Source of the DNA: Chiloscyllium plagiosum
Taxonomy: Eukaryota
Direction: 5' to 3'
Length of the DNA: 64,000 nt
Assembly: GCF_004010195.1 (NCBI RefSeq)
Contig: NC_057719.1
Location: 57,701,023 to 57,765,022, forward strand
The notes beneath the pieces are model-generated. The model did no database searches. It was not told the DNA's origin and saw only the letters and a list, made by a program, of their open reading frames with translations. Made by a program: the position numbers and the translations under genes. Positions 39,060-50,758 of this stretch are shown one piece after another. Position 1 is the stretch's first letter. Each line of letters starts with the position of its first letter.

Positions 39060-39508
39060 CCTTGAAGTTAGAGTCAAAATCTTAAGCAACTTTAAAGAAC
39101 ATTTAAAAATTCTCAGAACTTTTACAAGTTTTATAGGGAGGCAATGACCTAGTGGTATTCTCGTAGGACAATTAATCCACAAAGTCAGTTAATGTTCCAG
39201 GTTCAAATCCCACCATGGCAGACGGTCGAATTTGAAATCAATTAAAAAGAAAATCTGGAATTACGAATCTACTGGTGACCATGAAACCATTGTCGATTGT
39301 TGGAAAAACCCATCTGGCACACTAATACCTGTAAGGGAAAGAAGTTTGCTATCCTCTCCTGATCTAGCAGACCCACAGCAATGTGGTTAACTTTCAACTG
39401 ACCTCCAAATTAATCTAGCATGACGCTCACTTCAAGGGCAGTTAGGAATGGGCAATAAATGCTAGTCAGCTAGTGATGCATACATCCCACAAGTGAATTA
39501 AAAAAAAC
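39060..39508 (+). mobile_element. tRNA-headed non-autonomous SINE sharing its 5' and 3' ends with the surrounding LINE family
   Basis: A box tgacctagtgg, B box ggttcaaatccc; body similar to 38640-38920; tail gggcaataaatgct..gtgaattaaaaaaaa similar to reverse complement of 41960-42030. Confidence 0.7.
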
Positions 39509-39558
39509 TAAAATCTGGGAGCTGGTGCTAAAATTGGGACAGCTGTCTCACAGACTAG

Positions 39559-39647
39559 ACTCAACAAATATCCACTGGAAAAGCACAGCAGGTCAGGCAG
39601 CATCTGAGGAGCAAGACAGTCAATGTTTCAGGCATAAGTCTTTCATC
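39559..39647 (-). mobile_element. Short Penelope-like terminal fragment
   Basis: ctggaaaagcacagcaggtcaggcagcatc; 16-bp TSD CTGTCTCACAGACTAG (39543-39558, 39648-39663). Confidence 0.8.
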
Positions 39648-40639
39648 CTGTCTCACAGACTAGTCAAGCAACAACCTGACATGCTGTCATAATCATACCT
39701 TACTGACAATGTCTCAGACATCACTATCCATATCCTGTCACACCAGCAGGGTAGATCCAACAGAAGTGGCGTGACAGTAATATACAGTAAAGGAGTTGTC
39801 TGGAAGTCCTCAACATTGACTCCTGGCCTCATGGAATTAGGTCAAAATGGGCAATGCAATGCTGCTGATTACCACATACCATCCTCCCTCACCTGATGAA
39901 TCTATGCTTCTCCACTTTGAGGAAGACTTCAGCTGGCAAAGGCACAGAATGCACACTGGGTAGGGGACTTCATCTGATACCAAGAATGCCTGGGCAGCAG
40001 CACTCCTGATTGAGCTGATCAAGTCTTAAAGGACTTAAATGCTAGACTGGGCATGAGGCAATGGATGAAGAAACCAACAAGTGGGAAAAACATGGTTTGA
40101 CCTTTTCTTCACCAATCTACCGGCAGTGAATGATTCTATCCAAGACAGTATCGGTAAGAGTGCACAGTCCTTGTGCAGACAAAGTTCTACCTTCACATTG
40201 AGAACACTCTCCATCATGGCATTATCACTGTTCTAAATGGGACAGCCTTTGACCAGATTTAGTAACTCAAGGCTGGGCATCCATGAGGCACCATATGACA
40301 TAAAAGGCATTAGAATTGTACTCCAGCAAAATCTACAACCTTGTGGCCTGGCATATCTCCTACTCAACCATTACCATCAAGCTTCGAGATCAACCCTGGG
40401 TCAATGGAGAGTGCAGGAGGGCATGCCAGGAGCAGCACCAGGCATTCCTAAAAATGAGATGTTAACTGGGTGAAGCTACCTGACAGGACTACTTGTGGGC
40501 CAAACAGCATAAGCAGCAAGTGAACCCACAACCATCAGATCTAATCTCTACAGTCCTGCCACATCCAGTCATGAATGGTGGTGGACAATTAAACAACTCA
40601 CTGGAGGAGGGGACTGAACAAATGTCCACATTCTCATTT

Positions 40640-40765
40640 ATTTTCATCTGATGAAGTAGCAGCACTCTGAAAGTTTGTGATTTTAAAGAAACCTGTTGGA
40701 TTATAATCTGGCATCAGGTGACTTCTGATTTCATCCACCCCAGTCAACATCAGCATGTCCACATC
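40640..40765 (+). mobile_element. Penelope-like terminal fragment with a decayed hammerhead motif
   Basis: CTGATGA-AGTAGCAGCACTCT-GAAAGTTT; similar to 22252-22378. Confidence 0.65.
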
Positions 40766-41959
40766 ATCCTTAATGGTGGGAGAGCTCAGCAAATCAGTTA
40801 GGGACTGAAACATTCGCAACAATCTTCAAGCGGAAGTGCCAAGTGGATGATCCATCTTGGCCTCCTCCAGTGGTCCTGAGTACCACAGGCGGTTGTCTTA
40901 AGCCAATTTGATTCACCCACGTGATATCAAGAAATGGCTGGAGGCGATACATACTGCAAAGACTGTGGGTCCTGATAACATTCCTACAATAGTACTGCAA
41001 AGACTTATGCTCCAGAACTCTCCATACTCCATAACGAGTCAAGTTGTTTCAGTACAGTTACAACATTGGCATCGACCTAACAATGTGGAAATTGCCTGGC
41101 TATGAAGTAGAATAAATCTAACCTGGCCAATTACACCCTATCAGAATACTCTCGATCATCAGTAAAGTGATGAAAGGCGACTGCTTAGCAGTAACCTGTT
41201 CAGTGAAGCACAGTTTGGGTTCTGGCATGGACATTCAGCCTCTGACCTCATTACACCCTTGATTCAACATGACCAAAAGAGATGAGTTCCAGAAGTGAGG
41301 TGAGAGTGTCAGCCTTTGACATCAAGGCAGCTATTGACCAAATGTAGCATCAAAAAGCCTGAGCAAAGCTGGAATTAATAAGAATTGGAGATAAAATTTT
41401 CACTTGCTGGAGTTATACCTGGCTTTTAGAAAGATGATTGTGGTTATCAGTTCTGTTAAAGAACATTTCTCCAGGAGTTCCCCAGGCGAATGTTCGAAGC
41501 CCAACCATTTTCAGCTGTGTCATCAATGACCTTTCTTCTATCATAAGGTCAAAAGTGGGGATATTCACTTATGAATTAGTTGAATGTTTTGGTAAAATGT
41601 ACAGAATGATAAAGTAATTAAAACTTGGAAGTTTAGCTGTGTGGCATTCAGAAATTTGATGCCATAGATGTGATTTTAGTCCAAAAATAGTGTTTGTTCC
41701 ATGCACCACACTCCTGATCTAGCTTATGCTGATGTTATTTTGATGCAGACATTAGGGAGTCACACTGTAGGAATTCTGAGTAGGTGGATTATTTCCCCAT
41801 ACAAACTTGATTGATGTCAGCACTACCATGTTCATCTTAACCGCACTAACTAATGCTTATTCTTAAACACACAGAGCTGAATTTGCATTCAGTAGCAGTG
41901 AAGATCCTCCATCAGTTCTTAAAGGGAGCATCAAATATTTTCAATTTAGTTACCAGTTG

Positions 41960-42501
41960 CTTTCTTTTTTTTAATTCACTCATGGAACATGGACATCACT
42001 GGCTGAGCCAGAACATGTTGCCCATCCTGAGTTATGCTTGAGAAGATGTTGGTGAGCTGACTTCTTGACCCAGTACACACCATGTGGTGTAGGTAGTCAC
42101 AATGTGGTCAGAGGAGAAACTCCAGGACTTTGATCCCACAGCATTAAAGGAACAATGATATGTTTTTAAGTCAGGATAGTGAGTGGCTCAGAGGGGAACT
42201 TGCAGGTGGTAGTGTTCACATATACCTGCTGTCTTGTCCTTCTAAATGGTAGCAAGTGTGGCTTTGGAAGGTGCTGTCTAATGATCTTGGGTGAATGTTT
42301 GCAGTGCATCTTGTAGATAGTACACACTGCTGATACAGAACGTTGGTGGTGAAGGAAGTGGATGCTTGTGGATATGGTGCCAAGCGAGCTGCTTTGTCGT
42401 TGGAGCTCACCCATCTACTCTTCTGACTTGTGCCTTGTAGATGGTGGACAGACTTTGGGGAGTCAGCGGGTGATTTACCTGCTGCAATATTCCTAGCCTC
42501 A
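41960..42501 (-). mobile_element. 3' end of the same LINE family in inverted orientation
   Basis: LTPQSLSTIYKAQVR and SIHFLHHQRSVSAVCTIYKMHC; A-rich tail at 41960-41972. Confidence 0.8.
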
Positions 42502-43879
42502 CCCTTTTTAACCATTCCCATACTATTATTGGTTCAATAGTAATGAGACTATTAGTACAATAGGAAGACAGTTTTCTTACATATAACTGCACCTCTTCCA
42601 TATTATTTGGAACAGGCACAGAGTTCATCACTTCTTCTTTGATGGCTGAATACCAAAGTATGTGAGGAGTCATGAATGATGCTGAACATTGTGCAATGTT
42701 CCATATTATTTGGAACAGGCACAGAGTTCATCACTTCTTCTTTGATGGCTGAATACCAAAGTATGTTAACAATGAAGGCAAAATATTGTTCAGAGTTTTG
42801 TAACAGCAAGCATTGAGACTTCATTATTCAAAAATCACATTTATGTAAATGCATGAAAACTGTTCTGAGATTTCACAGATGTTCTTCTTCTGATCTTCCA
42901 GTAATCAGGCAATCATATATGAAGCAATGGCTTCCTGAGAGACTGGCTAAAACTGTTTCCATTTTTTTTGAAATACGGCCAGAACAGATGCATCACCAAA
43001 ATTTGTCATTTGTAATTATAAAGTCCTTGGAACATATTTATCATTGTCAAATTCCAACTTTCCTCAGCAACATTCTATTGCAAGTTATATCTAAGAAATG
43101 TCAAATTTAGGAATATGGTCACCACCACTGAAATAAACATGTTACTTCTGGATAGGAGCTATCAATGAAACAAAACTGGGGTTCATGCCTATAATTAACT
43201 CATTAAATTACAACACCATCAGGATTGGGTTTATCTCATATAAAGTCATTTTTCTTTCAAATTATGGAGGTATGTTTCAGCCAATCTATGGCTGCAGTGC
43301 TTTATCTTTGAAAATAAATTGCCGCTGTAGTGTTTTTTTTAAAACTCCTTTGCATTAAGATGTATTTGGAGATCCTTTAACAGACCAAAATTCAGTCCAA
43401 CTTAGAACATATAACTTCAATGAGAACACCCACTGGTCTTGTTGTGGTCGTCTTCTTATTACAATTCAGTTTAATTTCAGGCTTTGAAGCCAGTCTCAGC
43501 CTATCAATAAGGGATATTTGCTCGTAATTATAATGGGGGACAACTGCTTTGTCTGATTTTTGTGTTTTACAATTATTTTTATATTCCTGAGGATAGACAA
43601 TGGGAGTGGAATAAGGTTTCTCAGTCAAACATTTTATTTCACATTTTTGATTACATGGTGTTTATCTGAGTCCTAGTCTCCAGTTGAAATCTGGATCATA
43701 ATTTTGTATTGTCTGTTTCCTATCTACAGAAATCCATAATGGCTTTTTTTTCTCAGATTCCTGGTCAGCATCAGTAAAATGGATATTGGATTTTTATTCT
43801 CATAGATACCTCTCAGTGATAGCTAATGATGTTTGTTCGTTTCTGCTTCTAATTTTGAAAGAGTTACTAACTTCTAATT

Positions 43880-44056
43880 CCAATCGGTTCTGCTATCACG
43901 TGATAGTTCTTTCTCGTGCAGCTCCATGTTATAAGAAAATTATGTAGTAGCAGCACCATTTAAACTAAGGGTGTCAGAAATAGTCTTCCCAGTTCATCAA
44001 TAGTGTTATCACAAATTCGCATTAATGAAACACAGTTATAGTAAAATGACCTGTAT
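43880..44056. mobile_element. Possible Tc1/mariner (Tigger-like) MITE remnant
   Basis: Diverged terminal inverted repeats (caatcggttctgctat / atagtaaaatgacctg) ending in TA. Confidence 0.35.
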
Positions 44057-44917
44057 AGTTAGCTAAACAGCCCAAATCCATGAAGTCGTGGCACATTATT
44101 GTCTTGAAAAAAAGATATCAATCCAGATGATTACTGTATATTTACCGCAGATTCAACAAATCTCCAACATGCTTAACAGGAGTTTCCACTCATAATGCTA
44201 GCCCAAGAATTCTGGCCAATGGAAAACTAATACAATCTTGGCAGAAGACAAACGGCAGAAATACAGCTATACAATATTGAGAAACTCACCAAATCCCATT
44301 TTTTGGACAATTTCCTTGGTTTTACCATAAACTGAAAATATGTTTCTTTAATAATGTTTTGCCTCATCTGGCTTCACTTCTCATATGCTTGGCTTAAATA
44401 TGGGGATAAGTGATCAGATTTTTTCATCAATGTGTATGTTGAAAGTTCATAAATATTAAGAAAAATGTAAACTTTTCCAGTGTCATTGTCAGTTTATTTG
44501 TTTTAATATGAAAACGAACAAACCTTAAATGCCTCCTATTTACATACTGTGATGATGCTGCCTTCTTAGCAAGTAATGTTGTGCTTGGTTTTTTTCAAGA
44601 GGGCTTGTAAAGGCAGAGGTGCCAATTTGTCTGGAAATGGTCACTTTGAACAATGGCAGAGGAGTGGCCAGTTGGACCAGTTCAGGTTTTTTTCTTCCAG
44701 TTTGGTTTATTTTTAGCAGAGAGTCAAATAAACTGCTGGGGACCTAAAGAAGCCCCTACAGTGAAACAAGGTTCCATGCTCTAAATGCCAGACACTTCTC
44801 TCTAAAACCTCTCCTGCCTGTAAGAACCTGTGCTTGAAATTATCTTTTGCCAAGGGGTATGTTTATAGGATTGGAGATTGGAACAGAATTATTAAGTTGC
44901 CTTAGAATCAGTTTTGT

Positions 44918-45230
44918 GGGCAGCACGGTGGCACAGTGGTTAGCACTGCTGCCTCACAGCGCCAGAGACCCGGGTTCAATTCCCGCCCCAGGCGACTGAC
45001 TGTGTGGAGTTTGCACGTTCTCCCCGTGTCTGCGTGGGTTTCCTCCGGGTGCTCCGGTTTCCTCCCACAGTCCAAAGATGTGCAGGTCAGGTGAATTGGC
45101 CGTGCTAAATTGCCCGTAGTGTTAGGTAAGGGGTAAATGTAGGGGTATGGGTGGGTTGCGCTTCGGCGGGGCAGTGTGGACTTGTTGGGCCGAAGGGCCT
45201 GTTTCCACACTGTAAGTAATCTAATCTAAT
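44918..45230 (+). mobile_element. HE1-type SINE inside the 5' LTR
   Basis: Full SINE; absent from the matching position in the 3' LTR. Confidence 0.95.
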
Positions 45231-48200
45231 ATTCTAAATTCTGTTTTCTTTTGTTCATGTTTCAATCACAGTCTGTGAATAAATTCTGTATTCCTTGAAG
45301 CCGATCAGTTTGTCCAGCTTCACCCACTTTACATCTGCCTTTAAAAAAAAAGTTAGGGTCTGAGCTACCTTCTTAAAATATTTTGAGGGGCCTGGCCTGT
45401 TCCATACCAGATTCAGAGCTCTTGGCAGGATTTGTTCTGTAGTTCCAATATGGGACGGGGGTTGGCGAAGTCAGCAAGTGGTAGTTTTAGCGTCTTTTGT
45501 TCCAGTATTGAATTTGGTTGTTTTAAGCCATGCTTGGTGTATTAATGGCTCTTTCAGTAAATAAGAGTTTTCTGGGTTTGAAAGAAGTGACTTTGGGGGC
45601 TTTACAAAAGAAGAACAAGGCAAAGCTACTGGAATTCGCAGTCAACCTGGAGTTAGAGTTACTTTCATCCACGAGAAAAGGACAGATAACGATACTCAGC
45701 ATTTAAATTTGCTGGAAACACCATCAGAATCTTGGGAAATGGCTAAAATTCAATTGAAAATGAAGCAGATTGAGTTAGAGGCAAAAGAAATGGAAAAAGA
45801 AATGAAACAGTTTGAATTACAATTAAAAGCAGAGCCAAAAGAGAAGGGCAAATCGCTTTAGCAAAACAAAAAGAAGAGGAGAGAGAGGAAAAGGAGAAAG
45901 AGAGAGAGGAAAGGGAGAAAGAGAGAGTTTGAACTTTGGAAATTGGCTCTCAGACAACAAAGTTGGCTTAAAAGGATGGAGATGAAGGTAGAAGGTAAGT
46001 TTAGTGAGAAGGTAGTAAGGATGAGCAAACCCATCGTGGCCAAATGCCTGGTGAGGACCTGTTTAAATATATCCAAACATTGCCTAAGTTTGATGAGAAA
46101 GATATAGAAACCTTTTTCATCTCATTTATAAAAGTGGGTAAGCAAATGAAGTGGCCAGTGATCATGTGGGTTTTGTTGATCCAAACAAAGTGGTAAGTAG
46201 AGCTAGTGAGGTAGTTGCATCACTGTCAAAGGAGGTATCTGGGATGTATGATGAGGTGAAGAAAGCCACCTTAAGTGCATATGAGTTTGTGCCAGAAGCC
46301 TATAGACAAGGTTTCAGAAATCTAACGAGGGACCCTGGTCAAACCTACATTGGGTTTGAAAGGATCAAGCAAAGTAATGTTGATAAATGGATACAGGCAT
46401 TAAAAATAGAGTAAACATATGACGCTCTTAGACAGATGAATAGTTCAAAAATTCACTTCCTGAGGTCGTAAGAACTCATGTGGAAGAGCAGACAGTTAAA
46501 ACAGCAAGATTAGCAGCTGAAATAGCCGATGATATGAGTTAATTCATATATCAAAGTGGTGGCTTCCAACATCAATTTCAATCCATGAGGGATAGAAATT
46601 GGGGAAAAGAGAAATCATCACATGGTAAAGGAAAAGTAAACCTTGGTGAAGATCATGAGGTTAACTTACCACAAGTAAAAAGGAAACCCATAAAGGGGAA
46701 AAAGAGGTTAAAAAGCTCCAGTGTTTTCACTGCAATAAAGTAGACCATATTGAATCACAGTGTCAGTGGGTTAGTAAAAGCTCTGGGAAGACGGATGTAG
46801 GAAAACAGGATAAGCCAGTGAATTTTGTTGAAGTGGTAAAGGAAAGCACAGTGAAGGCTAGAAAGCTGCACCACAATGCACAACCTGGTTGGAGGTTGAT
46901 TAAGGAGGAAGTGCCAGATCTCTTAAACCATTTGAGTGTGAAGGTAAGGTTTACTCGCATAGGACAGGAGCAGCAGGTAAAGAGATTATAGTAGTAAGAG
47001 ATACAGGATCAAGTCAATCTTTGATGTTGAGAGATGAGGAGATATGTAACTCAGAAGGACCATTGCCAGAAAAAGTGGTAGTACATGGAATTCATGGTGA
47101 GACAAGATATGCTCAAATATGTAGAGTGAGGTTAGAGTATCCACTGAAAAGTGGAGAAGCGGTGGTAGGAGAACTGGAAGAACACTTGGCTCCAGGAATA
47201 CAATTTGTCCTTGCTAACGAAATAGCGGTTTTGCAGATAGGACTGTTGTCTACTGTGGTTGAAAAGTCAGTGGGAAATCAGGCAACTGAGGTATTAGAGG
47301 AAACATATCCTGGAATTATTCCTGACTGTGTGGCAATAGGGTCACAAAGTCACCAGTTGAAATAGGAGGAGAAATCAAAGAAACCAGATAAGAACATTGA
47401 AGCAGAATTATCAGAGACCATGTTTGATCAAATGGCTGAGACAAAACAGGAACAGATGGAGGACAAAGTAGACATCTTAAGCTCAGCAAAATTAACTGAG
47501 TTACAACAGAAAGATGAAAAATTGAAGCAATTGTATCATAAAGCATACACAGAAGAAGAATCATAGTGTATCCCTGAGTGCTACTATCTTAAGCATTATG
47601 CCTTCATGAGGAAATAGAGACCATCCCACATTTAAGCAGATGTGAAATTAGTAGAATTTCATCAAGTCACATTACCAGTGGGTTACAGAAGGTGATGTTG
47701 AGGGTAATGCATGAACTCCCAGTAGGAGGTCATTTAGGGGTAAGAAAAGCTCAAGCTAAAATACAAAAACATTTTTACTGGCCTGGACTGCACAAGGATG
47801 TAGTTGAACTTTGTCAGACATGTCATACATGTCAGGTAATGGGAAAACTGCAGACAGTAATAAAACCCACACTTTAATACCCATTCCTGCATTTGAGGAA
47901 CCTTCTACAACAGTCTTAATTGATTGCATAGGGCCTTTTCCTAAAAGTGGGAATCAGTATTTGTCACCATTACACAATATCACTAATAATAGGATTATAG
48001 AAGAGTTAATCAATTTCTTTTACTAGATACGGACCACTCAAAGAGATTCAATCAGATCAACGGTCAAACTTTACATCAAAATTATTCAAGGATGTTATGA
48101 ATAGCTTAGGAATAAAACAAATCAAATCTATTGCGCAGCCATCCAGAGTTGCACAGAGCGCTAGAAAGGTGACATCAGACATTCGACCATGTTGAGGACT

Positions 48201-48731
48201 TATAGTCAAGACTATCCAGAAGATTAGGATAAAGGAATTCCATTTATGTTTTTTGTACTCAGAGATGCACCAAATGTATCAACCAAATTCAGTCCATTTG
48301 AATTAGGACCACTCAAATTCATTAAGGAGAAATTGGTGAGTCAGAATTCAGAGACCATATATTTGGACTCTGTGTCAGATTTTAAGGAACAATTAAATAG
48401 AGCAGGGGAGGTGGTGAGAGAGCATTTAAAAGTATCACAGCATACAATGAAATAGGAAGCAGACAAGAAATCAAAACCTCGCAATTTTGGAAACAAAGAT
48501 AAAGTGTTCGTATTAGCGTTACTTCCAATCATAGGTTGAACATTTAAAAGCAAAGTTTAGTGGACCATATCAAGTCAAAAGGAGATTGAGTGAGGTGAAT
48601 TATTTTATAAGAACTCCAGACTAAAAAAAGGTCAGACCACTCAAAACATTCTTAAGCAGGCAGCCCAGATCATATCTTTGCAATTTGGTAAGTGTACAGT
48701 GAAAATTACCCAGAGTAAGACAGCTAGGTTG

Positions 48732-50758
48732 ACTTGAAAAAATGTTGCTGGAAAAGCGCAGCAGGTCAGGCAGCATCCAAGGAGCAGGAGAATCGATGTT
48801 TCGGGCATGAGCCCTTCTTCAGGAATGACGAAAGTGTGCCCAGCAGGCTACGATAAAAGGTAGAGAGGATGGACTTGGGGGAGGGGCGTTGGAAATGCGT
48901 TAGGTGGAAGGAGGTTAAGGTGAGGTTGATAGGCCGGAGTGGGGATATGGGCGGAGAGGTCAGGAAGAAGGTTAGGAAGGCGGTGCTGAGTTCGAGGGAT
49001 TTGACTGAGACAAGGTGGGGGAGGGTGAATTTGTGGCGGATATGGAAGGATCCCTTGGGGCCTTGGAGGGAAGTAGGGAGGGAGGTGTGGGCGCAAGTTT
49101 TGCATTTCTTGCGATTGCAGGCGAAGGTGCCGGGAGTGGAGGTTGGGTTGGTGGGGGGTGTGGACCTGACGAGGGAGTCACGGAGGGAGTGGTCTTTTTG
49201 GAAAGCTGATAGGGGAGGGGAGGGAAATATATCTCTGGTGGTGAGTCCGTTTGGAGGTGGCAGAAATGACGGCGGATGATACGATGTAGATGGATTGGAG
49301 ATTGGTGGGGTGGTAGGTGAGGACCAGTGGGGTTCTGTCCTGATGGCGGTTGGAGGGGCGAGCTCAAGGACGGAGGAGCAGGAAGTGGAGGAGATGCGGT
49401 GGAGGGCATCGTCGACCACGTCTGGCGGGAAATTACGGTCTTTGAAGAAGGAGGCCATCTGGGTTGTACGGTATTGGAACTGGTCCTCCTGGGAGCAGAT
49501 GCGGCGGAGATGAAGGAATTGGGAATATGGGATGGCGGTTTTACTGGGGGCAGGGTGGGAGGAGGTGTAGTCTAGGTAGCTGTGGGAGTCGGTCGGTTTA
49601 TAGTAAATGTCCGTGTTGATTTGTCGCCTGAGATAGAAATGGAAAGGTCTAGGAAGGGGAGGGAGGAGTCTGAGACAGTCCTGGTAAATTTGTGGTCGGA
49701 GTGGAAGGTGTTGGTAAAGTGGATGAACTGTTCAACCTCCTCGTGGGAGCACGAGGCAGCGCCGATACAGTCAGCGATGTAGCGGAGGAAAAGGTGGGGG
49801 GTGGTGCCAGTGTAGCTGCGGCAGATGGACTGTTCCACATATCCTACGAAGAGGCGGGCATAGCTGGGGCCCATGCGGGTGCCCATGGTTACTCCTTTGG
49901 TTTGGAGGAATTGGGAGGATTGGAAAGAGAAGTTGTTCAGGGTGAGGACCAGTTCAGTCAGTCGAAGGAGGGTGTCAGTGGAAGGGTACTGGTTGGTACG
50001 GCGGGAAAGGAAGAGTCCTTCGTGATGGGGGATGGAGGTGTACAGGGACTGGATGTCCATGGTGAAGATCAGCGTTCCGAAAAGACCACTCCCTCCGTGA
50101 CTCCCTCGTCAGGTCCACACCCCCTACCAACCCAACCTCCACTCCTGGCACCTTCCCCTGCAACCGCAAGAAATACAAAACTTGCGCCCACACCTTCCCC
50201 CCTTACTTCCCTCCAAGGCCCCAAGGGATCCTTCCATATCCGCCACAAATTCACCTGCACCTCCACACACATCATTTACTGCATCCGCTGCACCCGATGT
50301 GGCCTCCTCTATATTGGGGAGATAGGTCCCCTACTTGCGGAACATTTCAGAGAACACCTCTGGGACACCCGGACCAACCAACCCAACCACCCCGTGGCTC
50401 AACACTTCAACTCCCCCTACTACTCCACCAAGGACATGCAGGTCCTTGGACTCCTCCATCGCCAGACCATAGCAACACGACGGCTGGAGGAAAAGCGCCT
50501 CATCTTCCGCCTGGGAACCCTCCAACCACAAGGGATGAACTNCCTCCTTCCACCTAACGCATTTCCAACGCCCCTCCCCCAAGTCCATCCTCCCTAACTT
50601 TTATCTTAGCCTGCTGGACACACTTTCCTCATTCCTGAAGAAGGGCTCATGCCCGAAACGTCGATTCTCCTGCTCCTTGGATGCTGCCTGACCTGCTGTG
50701 CTTTTCCAGCAACACATTTTCAGCTCTGATCTCCAGCATCTGTAGTCCTCACTTTCCC
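48732..50758. mobile_element. Penelope-like retroelement with inverted structure: RT on minus 48735-50068, GIY-YIG endonuclease on plus 50071-50756
   Basis: MDIQSLYTSIP..LNNFSF..GVTMGTRMGPSYA..FLRYIADC (PLE RT); CNRKKCKTC linker; IIYCIRCTRCGLLYIGE (GIY-YIG); 11-bp TSD CAGCTAGGTTG (48721-48731, 50759-50769). Confidence 0.93.
50631..50666 (+). ncRNA. Minimal type I hammerhead ribozyme motif in the Penelope terminal repeat (best-preserved copy)
   Basis: CTGAAGA, A, stem GGGC-TCAT-GCCC, GAAAC-GTC; palindromic ACGT in place of helix III. Confidence 0.7.

Larger units (their letters stand above)
38590..41574 (+). mobile_element. Degraded CR1/L2-group LINE (APE and RT) with a tRNA-like 5' region
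   Basis: IKKWLEAIHTAKTVGPDNIP, QFGF..GHSASDLIT, FDIKAA, GVPQ; breaks at GIFTY (decayed FADD motif) at 41574. Confidence 0.75.

Noticed and set aside
45410..45432. Primer-binding site after the 5' LTR, possibly tRNA-Pro type
   Set aside because: Too degenerate to assign
49692..50597. 301-aa plus-strand ORF as a novel nuclease gene
   Set aside because: Chimeric: antisense RT frame running across the Penelope inversion junction into GIY-YIG
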